A DNA stretch of 64,000 bases from Eubacteriales bacterium (GTDB lineage Bacteria > Bacillota > Clostridia > Oscillospirales > CAG-272): the NCBI GenBank assembly GCA_045644045.1, contig JAZRGD010000099.1, positions 7,126-71,125 on the forward strand. Direction: 5' to 3'. The position numbers were made by a program, and so were the translations under genes. The notes under the pieces are model-generated. The model worked only from the letters and a program-made list of their open reading frames with translations, did not search any database and was not told the DNA's origin. Of this stretch, positions 44,180-52,873 are shown in pieces. The stretch's first letter is position 1, and each line of letters begins with the position of its first letter.

Positions 44180-45490
44180 TCAGCCTTCCCACTCTACCAA
44201 ATATACGTCATTGGGCTCCAAGGCGCAGGCGCCGTTGGCGACGCAAATACGCGGTGTCCAAGAAAGCAACCGTTCGTTGTCGATTACGTAAAAGCGTGCG
44301 CCCGTAAAGTCTACCCCTTCAAAGGAAAGAGGCTGTCTTTTGCCCGACAGATTGGCCAGCATCATGGCATGCTTCTTGCCATTCGATGCCGCCAAGGCAT
44401 ACACTCCCTCGGTATCACTTTCACAAACTACCTGTGTTCCCAAACGATACAGGGTATTAAAGGCCACCAAAGGATAATATCCATGAATGGGCTTGTGGGT
44501 AATGGGGCTGAACAGGGGGCAGAAGGGCGCGTTTGCGGTACGCATATCATAGATAAACGCCGCGTCGGTGTGTCCCTTTTGCAATCCGATCAGAGTAGCG
44601 GCGATCTCGGCCGCATGGTGCGCCGTTCCCAGCTCCCAGTGGTAAGGGTCCCACTCGTTGAGGTGGGTCTCTAAGTCCCCGTAGCCGTAAGAGACCAGCT
44701 GTCGGTGAAGCCAAGCATCCATGGCAAGGGTCTTGTCGGCAGGAGCATAGCTGTGCCAGGAGAAGAAATCAATGGGAGAGCCCTTCTCCTTGATAAACTT
44801 CATAAAGGCGTGGAAATAGTCGATCAAATGGCGTCCTGCCTCGGGATTGTCGGGATTCCAAGGGTCGCCGCCACCCACCTCGGCGTAAAAGCCGCAGGCG
44901 GCATAGCCGCCGAACTTCAAATGGGGGAATTTCCCCTTCAAGTAGGTGGCCACCGTGTGATAGAAGCGGAAGTATTCCTCTTTGGTGCTTTTCCACATCA
45001 CACCGTAATTTTCAGGCTCGTTCCAGATCTCCCAATAGGTGATCTTGTAACGGAAGCCATCCGCCCAACCCTCGGTATAATGGCGAATGATATGCTCGCA
45101 AATGCGCGCCCACTTTTCGTAATCCGAGGGTGGGTCGATGCGATAGCTTTTGATCCCCGCGGCGTTCTCAATGGTGACACCCAAACGATAGTAAGGCTCT
45201 ACCCCCGCCTTTACCAGCTGTGCAAGTAGGCTGTCGGTAAAGGTGAAGTCATAGGAAGCGGGGTCGTTTTCATCCGCATCAAAATTACGGAAAATATTGG
45301 GAATATCCACGTAGCGATTACAACCGTAGGCACCGCCCACGTCGTGTAAGCGAGAATAGGGGATGCCCGCCTCGGTCAAATAGTGAAAATATCCGTCGCC
45401 ACCACCCGAAACCACAGGCGGCTGTCCGCCCGCGTGCATGGGCTTCATGGGCTTGACGCTTTGCGCAAGATTGAGTTTGATATTGGTCAT
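44180..45490 (-). CDS. Clan GH-A (GH39-like) TIM-barrel glycoside hydrolase
   Basis: YWEIWNEPEN (acid/base Glu motif of clan A), an overall TIM-barrel-like pattern, no signal peptide. The family assignment is tentative. Confidence 0.55.
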   Translation of the reverse strand: MTNIKLNLAQSVKPMKPMHAGGQPPVVSGGGDGYFHYLTEAGIPYSRLHDVGGAYGCNRYVDIPNIFRNFDADENDPASYDFTFTDSLLAQLVKAGVEPYYRLGVTIENAAGIKSYRIDPPSDYEKWARICEHIIRHYTEGWADGFRYKITYWEIWNEPENYGVMWKSTKEEYFRFYHTVATYLKGKFPHLKFGGYAACGFYAEVGGGDPWNPDNPEAGRHLIDYFHAFMKFIKEKGSPIDFFSWHSYAPADKTLAMDAWLHRQLVSYGYGDLETHLNEWDPYHWELGTAHHAAEIAATLIGLQKGHTDAAFIYDMRTANAPFCPLFSPITHKPIHGYYPLVAFNTLYRLGTQVVCESDTEGVYALAASNGKKHAMMLANLSGKRQPLSFEGVDFTGARFYVIDNERLLSWTPRICVANGACALEPNDVYLVEWEG

Positions 45491-45517
45491 GATCACACCT
45501 TCTTTGGCTTTTGGGTG

Positions 45518-46009
45518 TTATTTGTCCACCTTAAAGGAAAGGACCACGTCCTCCTTATCGGTGCGGAAGGGACGGGTGCGAACGCCCGCCGAGGCAAACA
45601 TTCTTTTAGAGGCCAAGGTAGAGGGGGTAAGGGCGTACTTATCCGACAGATACACGACCTCCTTGATGCCCGACTGAATGATGGCCTTGGCACATTCGTT
45701 ACAGGGATAAAGAGCCACGTAGATGCGAGAGCCTGTCAGGTTCTTGCCACGGCAATTGAGGATGGCGTTCAGCTCGGCGTGTACCACGAAGGGGTATTTG
45801 GTAAAGCCCTCGTCGCCCTCTCTGTCCCAAGGGTATTCGACATCGGAGCTGCCGTAGGGGAAGCCGTTGTAGCCGGTGGAAAGTATGCGATCGTACTCGT
45901 CCACGATGCAAGCACCCACCTGGGTGTTGGGGTCCTTGCTTCGCTTGGAGGCAAGAAGCGCCACTCCCATAAAGTATTCGTCCCAGTTCAGATAGTCTTT
46001 TCTTTTCAT
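45518..46009 (-). CDS. dCMP deaminase (cytidine/deoxycytidylate deaminase family)
   Basis: WDEYFMGVALLAS.RSKDP.TQVGA, HAELNAI and PCNECAKAI zinc motifs. Start at MKRKDYLNW. Confidence 0.85.
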   Translation of the reverse strand: MKRKDYLNWDEYFMGVALLASKRSKDPNTQVGACIVDEYDRILSTGYNGFPYGSSDVEYPWDREGDEGFTKYPFVVHAELNAILNCRGKNLTGSRIYVALYPCNECAKAIIQSGIKEVVYLSDKYALTPSTLASKRMFASAGVRTRPFRTDKEDVVLSFKVDK

Positions 46010-46047
46010 TTTCGTTACCTTTCTGTCGGTCGTATTTTTGAGAAGGA

Positions 46048-46740
46048 TCAAAGGAAAAACTTTTTCGCCAGATATCTTTGGAAGGGCTTGACGATCCCGA
46101 CGATGATCAGGGCAAGGCCGATGATGCCAAAGCCGATGATGGGATAGAGAGACCAAAAATAGAAGCGCACGCCGAAGGTGTAGCAGATGAGGCACTCAAG
46201 GAGAAAGCTGTACGCGCCCGTGGCCAGCACCGCGCCGCCCGAAATATAGAAATACCCCCGCTTGACGTAGCGCACGAGAACGACGACGCTTGTGGTAATG
46301 AGGGCCGCGCCGAGAATAGTGGGCAGGGCGAAGGTCAAAAACCATTTGCCGTCCGCCATAAAGTTCACGCCAAAAAGATAAAGAAGCGCGGTGGCAAAGG
46401 AGACGGGCACGAAGACGACGGGGTTGGGTCTCCGAAACCACATGGGCAAAACGGCGATGACGTAGAGCATCAAAAGCCCGCCCGCAGGGTAATAGGACCA
46501 GCTTACCCCCTCCGTGAAGCGCAGGTCAAAGGTGAGAAGCTGCACCGCCACGAGGAAGACCGTCACCGCCAAAAGAAAGAGAATGGTGCGGCGATTCATT
46601 TTTTTCACCACGGGGTCATGAGGGGGATAGAGAGGCGGCGCGTCCGACGCCGTCAGCTCGGGATGATAGACGCGGGTATGGCACAAAGGGCACTGCTTTT
46701 CCGCGTCGCCCAGCTCCACACCGCATTTGATACAATACAT
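46048..46740 (-). CDS. Zinc-ribbon membrane protein (N-terminal CxxC...CPLC, 5 predicted TM segments)
   Basis: MYCIKCGVELGDAEKQCPLCH followed by multiple hydrophobic stretches. Confidence 0.6.
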   Translation of the reverse strand: MYCIKCGVELGDAEKQCPLCHTRVYHPELTASDAPPLYPPHDPVVKKMNRRTILFLLAVTVFLVAVQLLTFDLRFTEGVSWSYYPAGGLLMLYVIAVLPMWFRRPNPVVFVPVSFATALLYLFGVNFMADGKWFLTFALPTILGAALITTSVVVLVRYVKRGYFYISGGAVLATGAYSFLLECLICYTFGVRFYFWSLYPIIGFGIIGLALIIVGIVKPFQRYLAKKFFL

Positions 46741-46773
46741 AGGCTTCCTTTCTCGCCCAAGGGCGTCAGAAGG

Positions 46774-48936
46774 TTATTTTTTGAGATTACTCTCCACCTT
46801 GGCGGTAAGCCCCTGCTCCCGCAGGACCTGATAGAAGGTGGCCTCCAGCACGCTCTCCTCCACGTTGCGCACGAAGGTCATGCGCAAAAGATCACCGTAG
46901 GAGATGGCACTGACGTTGTGATGGGTCAGGTGAGGAGGGCTGAGGACGAAGTCCATCTGCTTCACGTAGGGTGAAAGAGGATCGGGCACAGCCGTTCTGC
47001 CCAGATTGGAAAAGGTCAGACAGCATTTTCTTTCTCCCACCGCGTTATAGATCAGCTTCATTACCAAATTTTTGATAAACAAGGGCATAACTCTGACGAT
47101 ACGGAGCTTTTCGCTGTTGACGTTGGTGGTAATGCGCGCCGCCATGCGCTGCGGGGTGATCTCCGTTCCCATCTGATGGTGAACGCTTCGGCAAAGCTCG
47201 GAGAAGGTATAGTCGCCCATGCGAGGATCTACACCGGGGGTCACGAACAAAACGAAGTTACGCAAGCTCCCCGACGGAAAAAGATTACGCAGATTGACGG
47301 GAAGCAGCACCTTGACAGGCTTGCGCCGCTTGCGGCGCGGCACTCTTTCGGCCTGAATGCGCTGAATGGCGTCCATCAAGGCGGCAGTCAGGTAGGCGGT
47401 AACGCTGACCCCCTCCGCCTTCGCGCGGCTGTGAACGGCAGAGGCGGACAGGGAAAACACCGTGGTGTTGATGAAGCCGTCCTTTTCGGGCGTGCCCCGC
47501 AAAAGGTAGGCGGTCTCCTCCTTACGGCTCATGGCCTTCTCGCCACTGTATTTGAGGAAGCAATCCTCAAGCTCCCCATCAAGGGGCGGCTCTCGCCTGT
47601 CGAGAACACCGTGGGTAGCGGGAGCGTCCACACCGTATTTTTGCTTGATATACTCCGCCACCAGGGATTTGAGGAAGATCAGACCGCCGTTGCCGTCGGT
47701 GATGGCGTGGAAGATCTCAAGCGCGATGCGCTCCCTGTACACCAAAACGCGGAAGGCGCAGGTGTGAATGTCTCTTCCCTGCATACATTTCAGGGGATAG
47801 GAGTAGTCCTCCCCGATGTCGGGCAAAACGGACAGCTCCTCCAGATAGTACCAGAACGCTCCCGTGCCAAGCCTCACCGCCATGCCCGGGAAGCGGCGCG
47901 CCGTCACGTCAAGAGCGGTACGCAGCACGTCGGTGTCCACCGTCTCGGTGAGGGAAACGGACAGACGGAAGGCGTTGCTCCAGTTGCGACTGCGGGCGGC
48001 GGGGTATATCTTGGCGGCGTTGTCAAGCCGCATCCACCTGAGCTTACGGGGCGGCGGCAAAACGTGACGTAAAAACTGCTCGATATGCGCATAGTCCCCC
48101 GACCGCTCCTTTAGGTCGTAAAGGGGATAGGCGTGCCAGCATCCGGGTGCCACCAAAAGCTCGCTCTCCACTCCAGCCGCAAGCAGCTTTTCGTGCATCA
48201 GGCGGGCGTCGTCCAGCATGATCTCATCTCCTCCCACCAAGGACAGAACGGGAGGAAAGCCCGTCACGTCCGCGAACAGAGGAGAAACGAGAGGATCCTT
48301 CACCTCGCCCATATAGTGAGAAGCAAAGAAGCGAAGACGGCGAAGGGACATGGAGGGATCCTTTTTGGCGTTTGCCACGTAGGAGGGGCCCGACGCGGTC
48401 AGATCCGTCCAAGGCGACATGGCTAAGATCCCCGCAGGCATTGCCATCTCCCTCTCCCGCAAGAGAGAGCAAAGGGCAAAGGCAAGCCCTCCCCCCGCGC
48501 TTTCTCCGCAAAGCAGGATCTCTTCGGGGGAAAAGCCCACCGAGAGCAGATAAAGATAAGAGTCCAAGGCATCCTCCAACGCGGCGGGGTAGGGATGCTC
48601 GGGTGCGAGACGGTAGACCGAGGCAAAGACCTTGATGCCGTAGCGAGAGGCAAGCCCTGCCCCTACGCCGCGCGCGTAGGCCTTATCGCCACAGCAATAC
48701 CCACCGCCGTGGAGATACAAAACCACGCCCTCTCGCGTCTCATCCTTCGTTAAGCACCAAACGCCCTCGAAGCGGTCGAAGCGATGGGTCTCAAAGGCGA
48801 CCTCCTTGCGATGCGACTTTGCCATCATGGAGCCGAGGAGCTCTTGTCCCTTTCGGGCACTCTCCAAGGAAGAGCCGGTGAACAAGGGCTTGAACAGCTC
48901 AAGCTGACGTCTGACAAATTTCTGCGACAAGGACAT
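46774..48936 (-). CDS. Fusion protein: HSL-type alpha/beta-hydrolase (esterase) plus C-terminal condensation/acyltransferase-like domain (HxxxD)
   Basis: Start MSLSQKF (GGAGG 7 nt upstream). LYLHGGGY (oxyanion HGGG) and CGESAGGG (GxSxG), then ~420 aa with HAITDGNGG (HxxxDG acyltransferase motif). Confidence 0.7.
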   Translation of the reverse strand: MSLSQKFVRRQLELFKPLFTGSSLESARKGQELLGSMMAKSHRKEVAFETHRFDRFEGVWCLTKDETREGVVLYLHGGGYCCGDKAYARGVGAGLASRYGIKVFASVYRLAPEHPYPAALEDALDSYLYLLSVGFSPEEILLCGESAGGGLAFALCSLLREREMAMPAGILAMSPWTDLTASGPSYVANAKKDPSMSLRRLRFFASHYMGEVKDPLVSPLFADVTGFPPVLSLVGGDEIMLDDARLMHEKLLAAGVESELLVAPGCWHAYPLYDLKERSGDYAHIEQFLRHVLPPPRKLRWMRLDNAAKIYPAARSRNWSNAFRLSVSLTETVDTDVLRTALDVTARRFPGMAVRLGTGAFWYYLEELSVLPDIGEDYSYPLKCMQGRDIHTCAFRVLVYRERIALEIFHAITDGNGGLIFLKSLVAEYIKQKYGVDAPATHGVLDRREPPLDGELEDCFLKYSGEKAMSRKEETAYLLRGTPEKDGFINTTVFSLSASAVHSRAKAEGVSVTAYLTAALMDAIQRIQAERVPRRKRRKPVKVLLPVNLRNLFPSGSLRNFVLFVTPGVDPRMGDYTFSELCRSVHHQMGTEITPQRMAARITTNVNSEKLRIVRVMPLFIKNLVMKLIYNAVGERKCCLTFSNLGRTAVPDPLSPYVKQMDFVLSPPHLTHHNVSAISYGDLLRMTFVRNVEESVLEATFYQVLREQGLTAKVESNLKK

Positions 48937-48973
48937 ATTGGCTCCTCCCTTCGTTTTTCTTATTATCCTTATT

Positions 48974-49002
48974 ATTTTACCATATTTTTTCGCCAATTGC
49001 AA
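48974..49002 (-). promoter_or_regulatory. Candidate promoter (TTGCAA-17 nt-TAAAAT, the last spacer bases giving an extended -10 TGg) for the fusion gene
   Basis: The reverse complement reads TTGCAAttggcgaaaaaataTGgTAAAAT, downstream of the 49012-49041 terminator. Confidence 0.5.
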
Positions 49003-49011
49003 GCAATTAAA

Positions 49012-49041
49012 CAAAAAACAGCGCAAAAGCACTGTTTTTTG
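49012..49041. terminator. Hairpin with flanking A/T runs (bidirectional terminator-like)
   Basis: aaaaaaCAGCGC-aaaa-GCACTGtttttt. One pair is a G-U wobble on the minus strand. Confidence 0.55.
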
Positions 49042-49044
49042 TCA

Positions 49045-49255
49045 TATTTAAGTAAAAGACGGTCGCTTTCGGAAATACCGAGGGCGTCAAAATACCCCTT
49101 CAGCCGTGAGATGTCCGCAAGGCGATCCTTCGTCCCGCTTCAAGCGCGGATATGGCACAGGCGGAGTGACTGTGCTTCGGCGGTGTGAAAGGATTCAAGG
49201 ATCGCACCTATGGGAAAACGAAGCATATCGCTCTCCTGCCTCATAACTTTTGTAA
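49045..49255. ncRNA. Candidate structured RNA region (strand and class unknown) between two esterase genes
   Basis: A 322-nt non-coding gap. A 9-bp long-range helix (49122-49130 gcgatcctt with 49197-49205 aaggatcgc) encloses two local hairpins (49155-60/49170-75 GCACAG/CTGTGC; 49135-38/49146-49 CCGC/GCGG). No Rfam family recognised by eye. Confidence 0.3.
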
Positions 49256-49258
49256 ATA

Positions 49259-50023
49259 TTAGTTGTCATTTTTCAGGTTTTTCAATACAAAGGGAGCAAT
49301 GAGCTTGCCAAACACGCTCTCCCCGTTTTCATCCTTCGCTCTGCAATAAGCGCAGTGCTTGCCCTGCATCACCACGTGGGGGTGATTTTCCTTGGGGTCA
49401 CCCATATGGGAAAGCGTGGCAAGCGTCAGCATGGTCTGCTCGTAGCGGCAGGTCATATCGTTGTCCGACACGATAAAGAGCATAGGGGGATAATTCTTCC
49501 CCGCCTTGATGTGATACAAGGGAGCCGCCTCGTCCACTACCACGCGGCGGGTATCCAGTCCTCTCTCACGCAACACGTTGAAATGGGTGGTAGGCTGACC
49601 TGCGTCATGCACGTAGCCCGCGATATCCGAGGGCTTCATGCGGTGGGAGACAAGATAGGAGCTGTCAAAGCAAAGCATCATGGAAAGATACCCGCCTGCC
49701 GAGCTGCCGCCGACGAAAAGCCCCTCGCATTTTCCGTATTCCTCTATATGCTTTTTCGTCCAAGCCACCGCCGCCGCCGCGTCGCGGATAAATTCGGGAT
49801 ACGCCGCTCTGGGGTACATACGGTAGTTGGCGGACACCACGGCGATGCCGCAGGCGACGAGATGCTCAAACATAAGAATATTGTTATCCTTATCTCCTGT
49901 CTCAATGCCGCCGCCGTGGAAATACACGAAAACGGGAAACGCCTCTCCTTCGGGGAGATACAGGTCCAACCGTTGCTCGGGATTGCCGTAGCCGACGTAA
50001 TCAATATCCTTAAAGATCTTCAT
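49259..50023 (-). CDS. Alpha/beta-hydrolase esterase (HSL/family IV-like)
   Basis: VYFHGGG (oxyanion) and GGSSAGG (GxSxG). Confidence 0.75.
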   Translation of the reverse strand: MKIFKDIDYVGYGNPEQRLDLYLPEGEAFPVFVYFHGGGIETGDKDNNILMFEHLVACGIAVVSANYRMYPRAAYPEFIRDAAAAVAWTKKHIEEYGKCEGLFVGGSSAGGYLSMMLCFDSSYLVSHRMKPSDIAGYVHDAGQPTTHFNVLRERGLDTRRVVVDEAAPLYHIKAGKNYPPMLFIVSDNDMTCRYEQTMLTLATLSHMGDPKENHPHVVMQGKHCAYCRAKDENGESVFGKLIAPFVLKNLKNDN

Positions 50024-50074
50024 ATTTCGCCCTCACTTTCTTTTCTCCATTGTACCCCCCAAGGAGCTTCTTGT

Positions 50075-50098
50075 CAAGCACAAAATAAATTTTGCTTG
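50075..50098. promoter_or_regulatory. Inverted repeat CAAGCA-N12-TGCTTG, candidate LysR-type operator in the divergent intergenic region
   Basis: Read directly. It lies between the divergently oriented esterase and LysR genes. Confidence 0.35.
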
Positions 50099-50104
50099 CA
50101 TCAC

Positions 50105-50133
50105 TTGAAAGTTATGCTAATGTGTGATACAAT
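50105..50133 (+). promoter_or_regulatory. Candidate sigma-A promoter (TTGAAA-17 nt-TACAAT) for the LysR gene
   Basis: Read directly, ~30 nt upstream of the start codon. Confidence 0.5.
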
Positions 50134-50162
50134 AGAAACGAAAACATTCCAAGGAGACAAAA

Positions 50163-51011
50163 ATGGATCTGTTACAGCTTCGCTATTTCTGCTACGCCGC
50201 CGAGACGGAAAGCTTTGCCAAGGCGGCAAGCCGTTTTCGCGTCCCCCCTTCGGGCATCTCGCAATCCGTCAAAAGACTGGAAACCGAGCTGGGTCAGCCT
50301 CTCTTCGACCGAAGTGCCAACCGCATCAAGCTGAACGAGGCAGGAAGATGCTTCTACCAAAAGGTGTCGGAAGCCCTCAAAATTTTAGAAAACGCAAAGA
50401 GTTCTTTACAAAACGCATCAAAAAAGGTGTTGCGGGTGTTGGTGGAAAACAACCGTCACCCTGTTACGCTGGCGGCCGAGAGGTTCAGCAAGAGCCATCC
50501 CGACGTCTCTCTGTCCTTTGACTATGTGGCGAGGGATGGCGTGATGTACGACGTCGCCGTCTCCGCCCGTCCCCTTTCGGACACAGCCATGGATAGCCTC
50601 CCCCTCGTCACCGAGCCCTTCGTCCTGGCGGTCAAGCGAGGACATCCCATGGCCTCCTTCCCTCTCATAACGGGAAAGGAGCTGAAGGACGCGCGCTTCG
50701 TTTGTATGTCCAAAAGCAGTAGTCTGTACGAGACACTCCTTTCCTTTTGCCGCGCGCACGGCTTTACCCCCACTCTTGCTCTTGAAAGCGACGATCCCGC
50801 CACCGTCCGCCATTGTATCGAAAGCGGCGTGGGCGTGGGGCTTGTCCCCGCATTCTCCTGGCGAGGGCAGTTTTCCGAGGCGGCGGTGCTGATCCCCGTA
50901 GAGGGTCTCACCCGCACCACACGCCTGTATCATCGGTCGGACAGCCCTGCTTCACCCGAAAAGCAAGCCTTTCTCGCGGCAGTGCGCTCTGTGTTTCGTC
51001 AAGACCCTTAA
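50163..51011 (+). CDS. LysR-family transcriptional regulator
   Basis: MDLLQLRYFCYAAETESFAKAASRFRVPPSGISQSVKRLE.ELG..LFDR (LysR HTH) plus a substrate-binding domain. Confidence 0.9.
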   Translation: MDLLQLRYFCYAAETESFAKAASRFRVPPSGISQSVKRLETELGQPLFDRSANRIKLNEAGRCFYQKVSEALKILENAKSSLQNASKKVLRVLVENNRHPVTLAAERFSKSHPDVSLSFDYVARDGVMYDVAVSARPLSDTAMDSLPLVTEPFVLAVKRGHPMASFPLITGKELKDARFVCMSKSSSLYETLLSFCRAHGFTPTLALESDDPATVRHCIESGVGVGLVPAFSWRGQFSEAAVLIPVEGLTRTTRLYHRSDSPASPEKQAFLAAVRSVFRQDP

Positions 51012-51472
51012 AGGAGCAACGAAAGAATTTTTTCGGCATTCGGCGCGGCCGCATAGGCCACCGCTCTTCCCTTGCGACGCACCCCTGCCTCCTTTAAGGA
51101 AGGAGCATAGGCCTCCTCTCCCGTTTTTTCGATCTCCGACAGTCTGACGGCAAGCTGCTCCGCTAAGGACACCGCCCGTGCCTCGGTCTCGCACACCGCG
51201 ACTAAAATTTCGGTGAGGCAATCTCCGTCATTTCCAAGGAAAAGGCGGTATTTGATCCCCTCGTCCATCTCCTCGCCAAAGAAAACAGGGCGCAGGGCAT
51301 CGGGCAGATACCCCTCCTCCCAAGGCCGCGCCTCCTCCCCGTACCAGACACCCACGGGCAGCTCGCACCCCGACCGCACGCGGCTTGCCGCCTCCTCGGG
51401 CGCAAGGACGGGAGAGCAAGCGGCAAGCAGGAGCAAAAGGCAAGCCAAAAGAACCAAAGACACCCGACGCAT
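51008..51472 (-). CDS. Hypothetical lipoprotein
   Basis: Signal peptide with lipobox LLLAA-C. Its stop overlaps the LysR stop (convergent TTAA). Confidence 0.6.
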   Translation of the reverse strand: MRRVSLVLLACLLLLLAACSPVLAPEEAASRVRSGCELPVGVWYGEEARPWEEGYLPDALRPVFFGEEMDEGIKYRLFLGNDGDCLTEILVAVCETEARAVSLAEQLAVRLSEIEKTGEEAYAPSLKEAGVRRKGRAVAYAAAPNAEKILSLLL

Positions 51473-51550
51473 ATCCCTTCCTCCCCTTTGTTCGTTTAAA
51501 TAAGATTATGCGGCAAGTCCGCTCAAAATACCCAAAGAAAGGAACCAAGT

Positions 51551-52747
51551 ATGGAAAGCACCTCCCGTTTTTATGACAAGACCGACCCCGTTTCGGTGAT
51601 CCCCCTGGGAGAATACGACGCCACACAGGCAGAGGCGGCACTCCGCGCCCTGCTCGCCCCCATCGGCGGTCTCGACTTCGTAAAGGAGGGGATGAAGGTC
51701 GTCATCAAGGCCAATCTCGTCTCCGCCATGAAGCCCGATGCCGCCGCCACCACCCACCCCGTTTTACTTTCCGCCCTTTGCCGTCTCTTAAAGGAAAGAG
51801 GGGCAAGCGTCGTCATCGGGGACAGCCCCGGCGGTCTCTACAACGCCGCCTTCGTGGGGCACGTGTACAAGGTCAGCGGCATGACCGAGGTGACGGACGC
51901 CGCCCTCAACAAGGATTTTTCCGAAAAAGAGACCGTCTTCCCCGAAGGCAAGGTCTTGCGCTCCTTTACCTATACGGGATACCTTGACAACGCCGACCTC
52001 ATCATCAACTTTTGCAAGCTCAAAAGCCACGGTATGATGGGGATGTCCTGCGCCGCCAAAAATATGTTCGGCACGATACCCGGCGTGATCAAGCCCGAAT
52101 ATCACTATCGCTTCCCCCGCTACGAGGATTTCGCGGATATGCTCCTCGACCTTGACGAATATTTTCACCCCGTTCTCTCCATTGCAGATGCGGTTGTGGG
52201 TATGGAAGGCAACGGCCCTACGGCGGGCACGCCGAGGCCCATCGGCTGTCTGCTGGCCTCCCACTCTCCTCACACCCTCGACATGGTGGCCGCCCGTCTT
52301 TTGGGCTTCGCTCCCGAGGAGATCCCTACCCTTGCCGCCGCCATCCGCCGCGGACTTCTGCCCGAAAAAGCGGAGGATGTGGTGCTGTACGGTGCCCTCG
52401 ACTCCCTCTACGTCAAGGATTTTGAGAGAGTGGTGGAAAGACGCTCCCTCGGCTTTACGGGAGACGGCAAAAACCCCGTCAAACGCCTTTTCGGCAGTAT
52501 TGCGGGGCGCATCCTTCGCACCCGTCCCGTGGTAAAATCCTCCCTTTGCGTGGGGTGTGGCGTGTGCGCGAATATCTGCCCCGCCAAGACCATCGTAATA
52601 GAAAAGAAAAAAGCAAGGATCAAGCGCGACGCCTGTATCCGTTGCTTTTGCTGTCAGGAGTTTTGTCCCAAGAGTGCCATCAAGGTGCATAGGACTGCCC
52701 TCGCCGCTCTCTTCCACAGAGAAAAGGGCAAGAGCAAAATTCATTGA
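51551..52747 (+). CDS. DUF362-domain protein with C-terminal 2x[4Fe-4S] ferredoxin domain
   Basis: VVIKANLVSA...HP pattern typical of DUF362. CVGCGVCANICP and CIRCFCCQEFCP clusters. Confidence 0.7.
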   Translation: MESTSRFYDKTDPVSVIPLGEYDATQAEAALRALLAPIGGLDFVKEGMKVVIKANLVSAMKPDAAATTHPVLLSALCRLLKERGASVVIGDSPGGLYNAAFVGHVYKVSGMTEVTDAALNKDFSEKETVFPEGKVLRSFTYTGYLDNADLIINFCKLKSHGMMGMSCAAKNMFGTIPGVIKPEYHYRFPRYEDFADMLLDLDEYFHPVLSIADAVVGMEGNGPTAGTPRPIGCLLASHSPHTLDMVAARLLGFAPEEIPTLAAAIRRGLLPEKAEDVVLYGALDSLYVKDFERVVERRSLGFTGDGKNPVKRLFGSIAGRILRTRPVVKSSLCVGCGVCANICPAKTIVIEKKKARIKRDACIRCFCCQEFCPKSAIKVHRTALAALFHREKGKSKIH

Positions 52748-52873
52748 ATTTCGTCTTGCACGTCATTTGCATAGCAAATGACCCCTCCCCGTCCGAGAAA
52801 ATTTCTTTCTTGAAATTTTCTCTCTAAAAAATGTTGCTTGGGTTCCTGCTGCGCAGAGCCAAGCGGCTTTCTT

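Noticed and set aside
49150-49180. CCGCCTGTGCC in the structured intergenic region (minus strand) resembling the ZTP (pfl) riboswitch 3' element CCGCCUGGGC.
   Set aside because: The 5' pfl sub-domain (GGGUCGUGACUGGCG-like) is absent, and the neighbouring genes are esterases, not purine or folate genes. This is probably coincidental.
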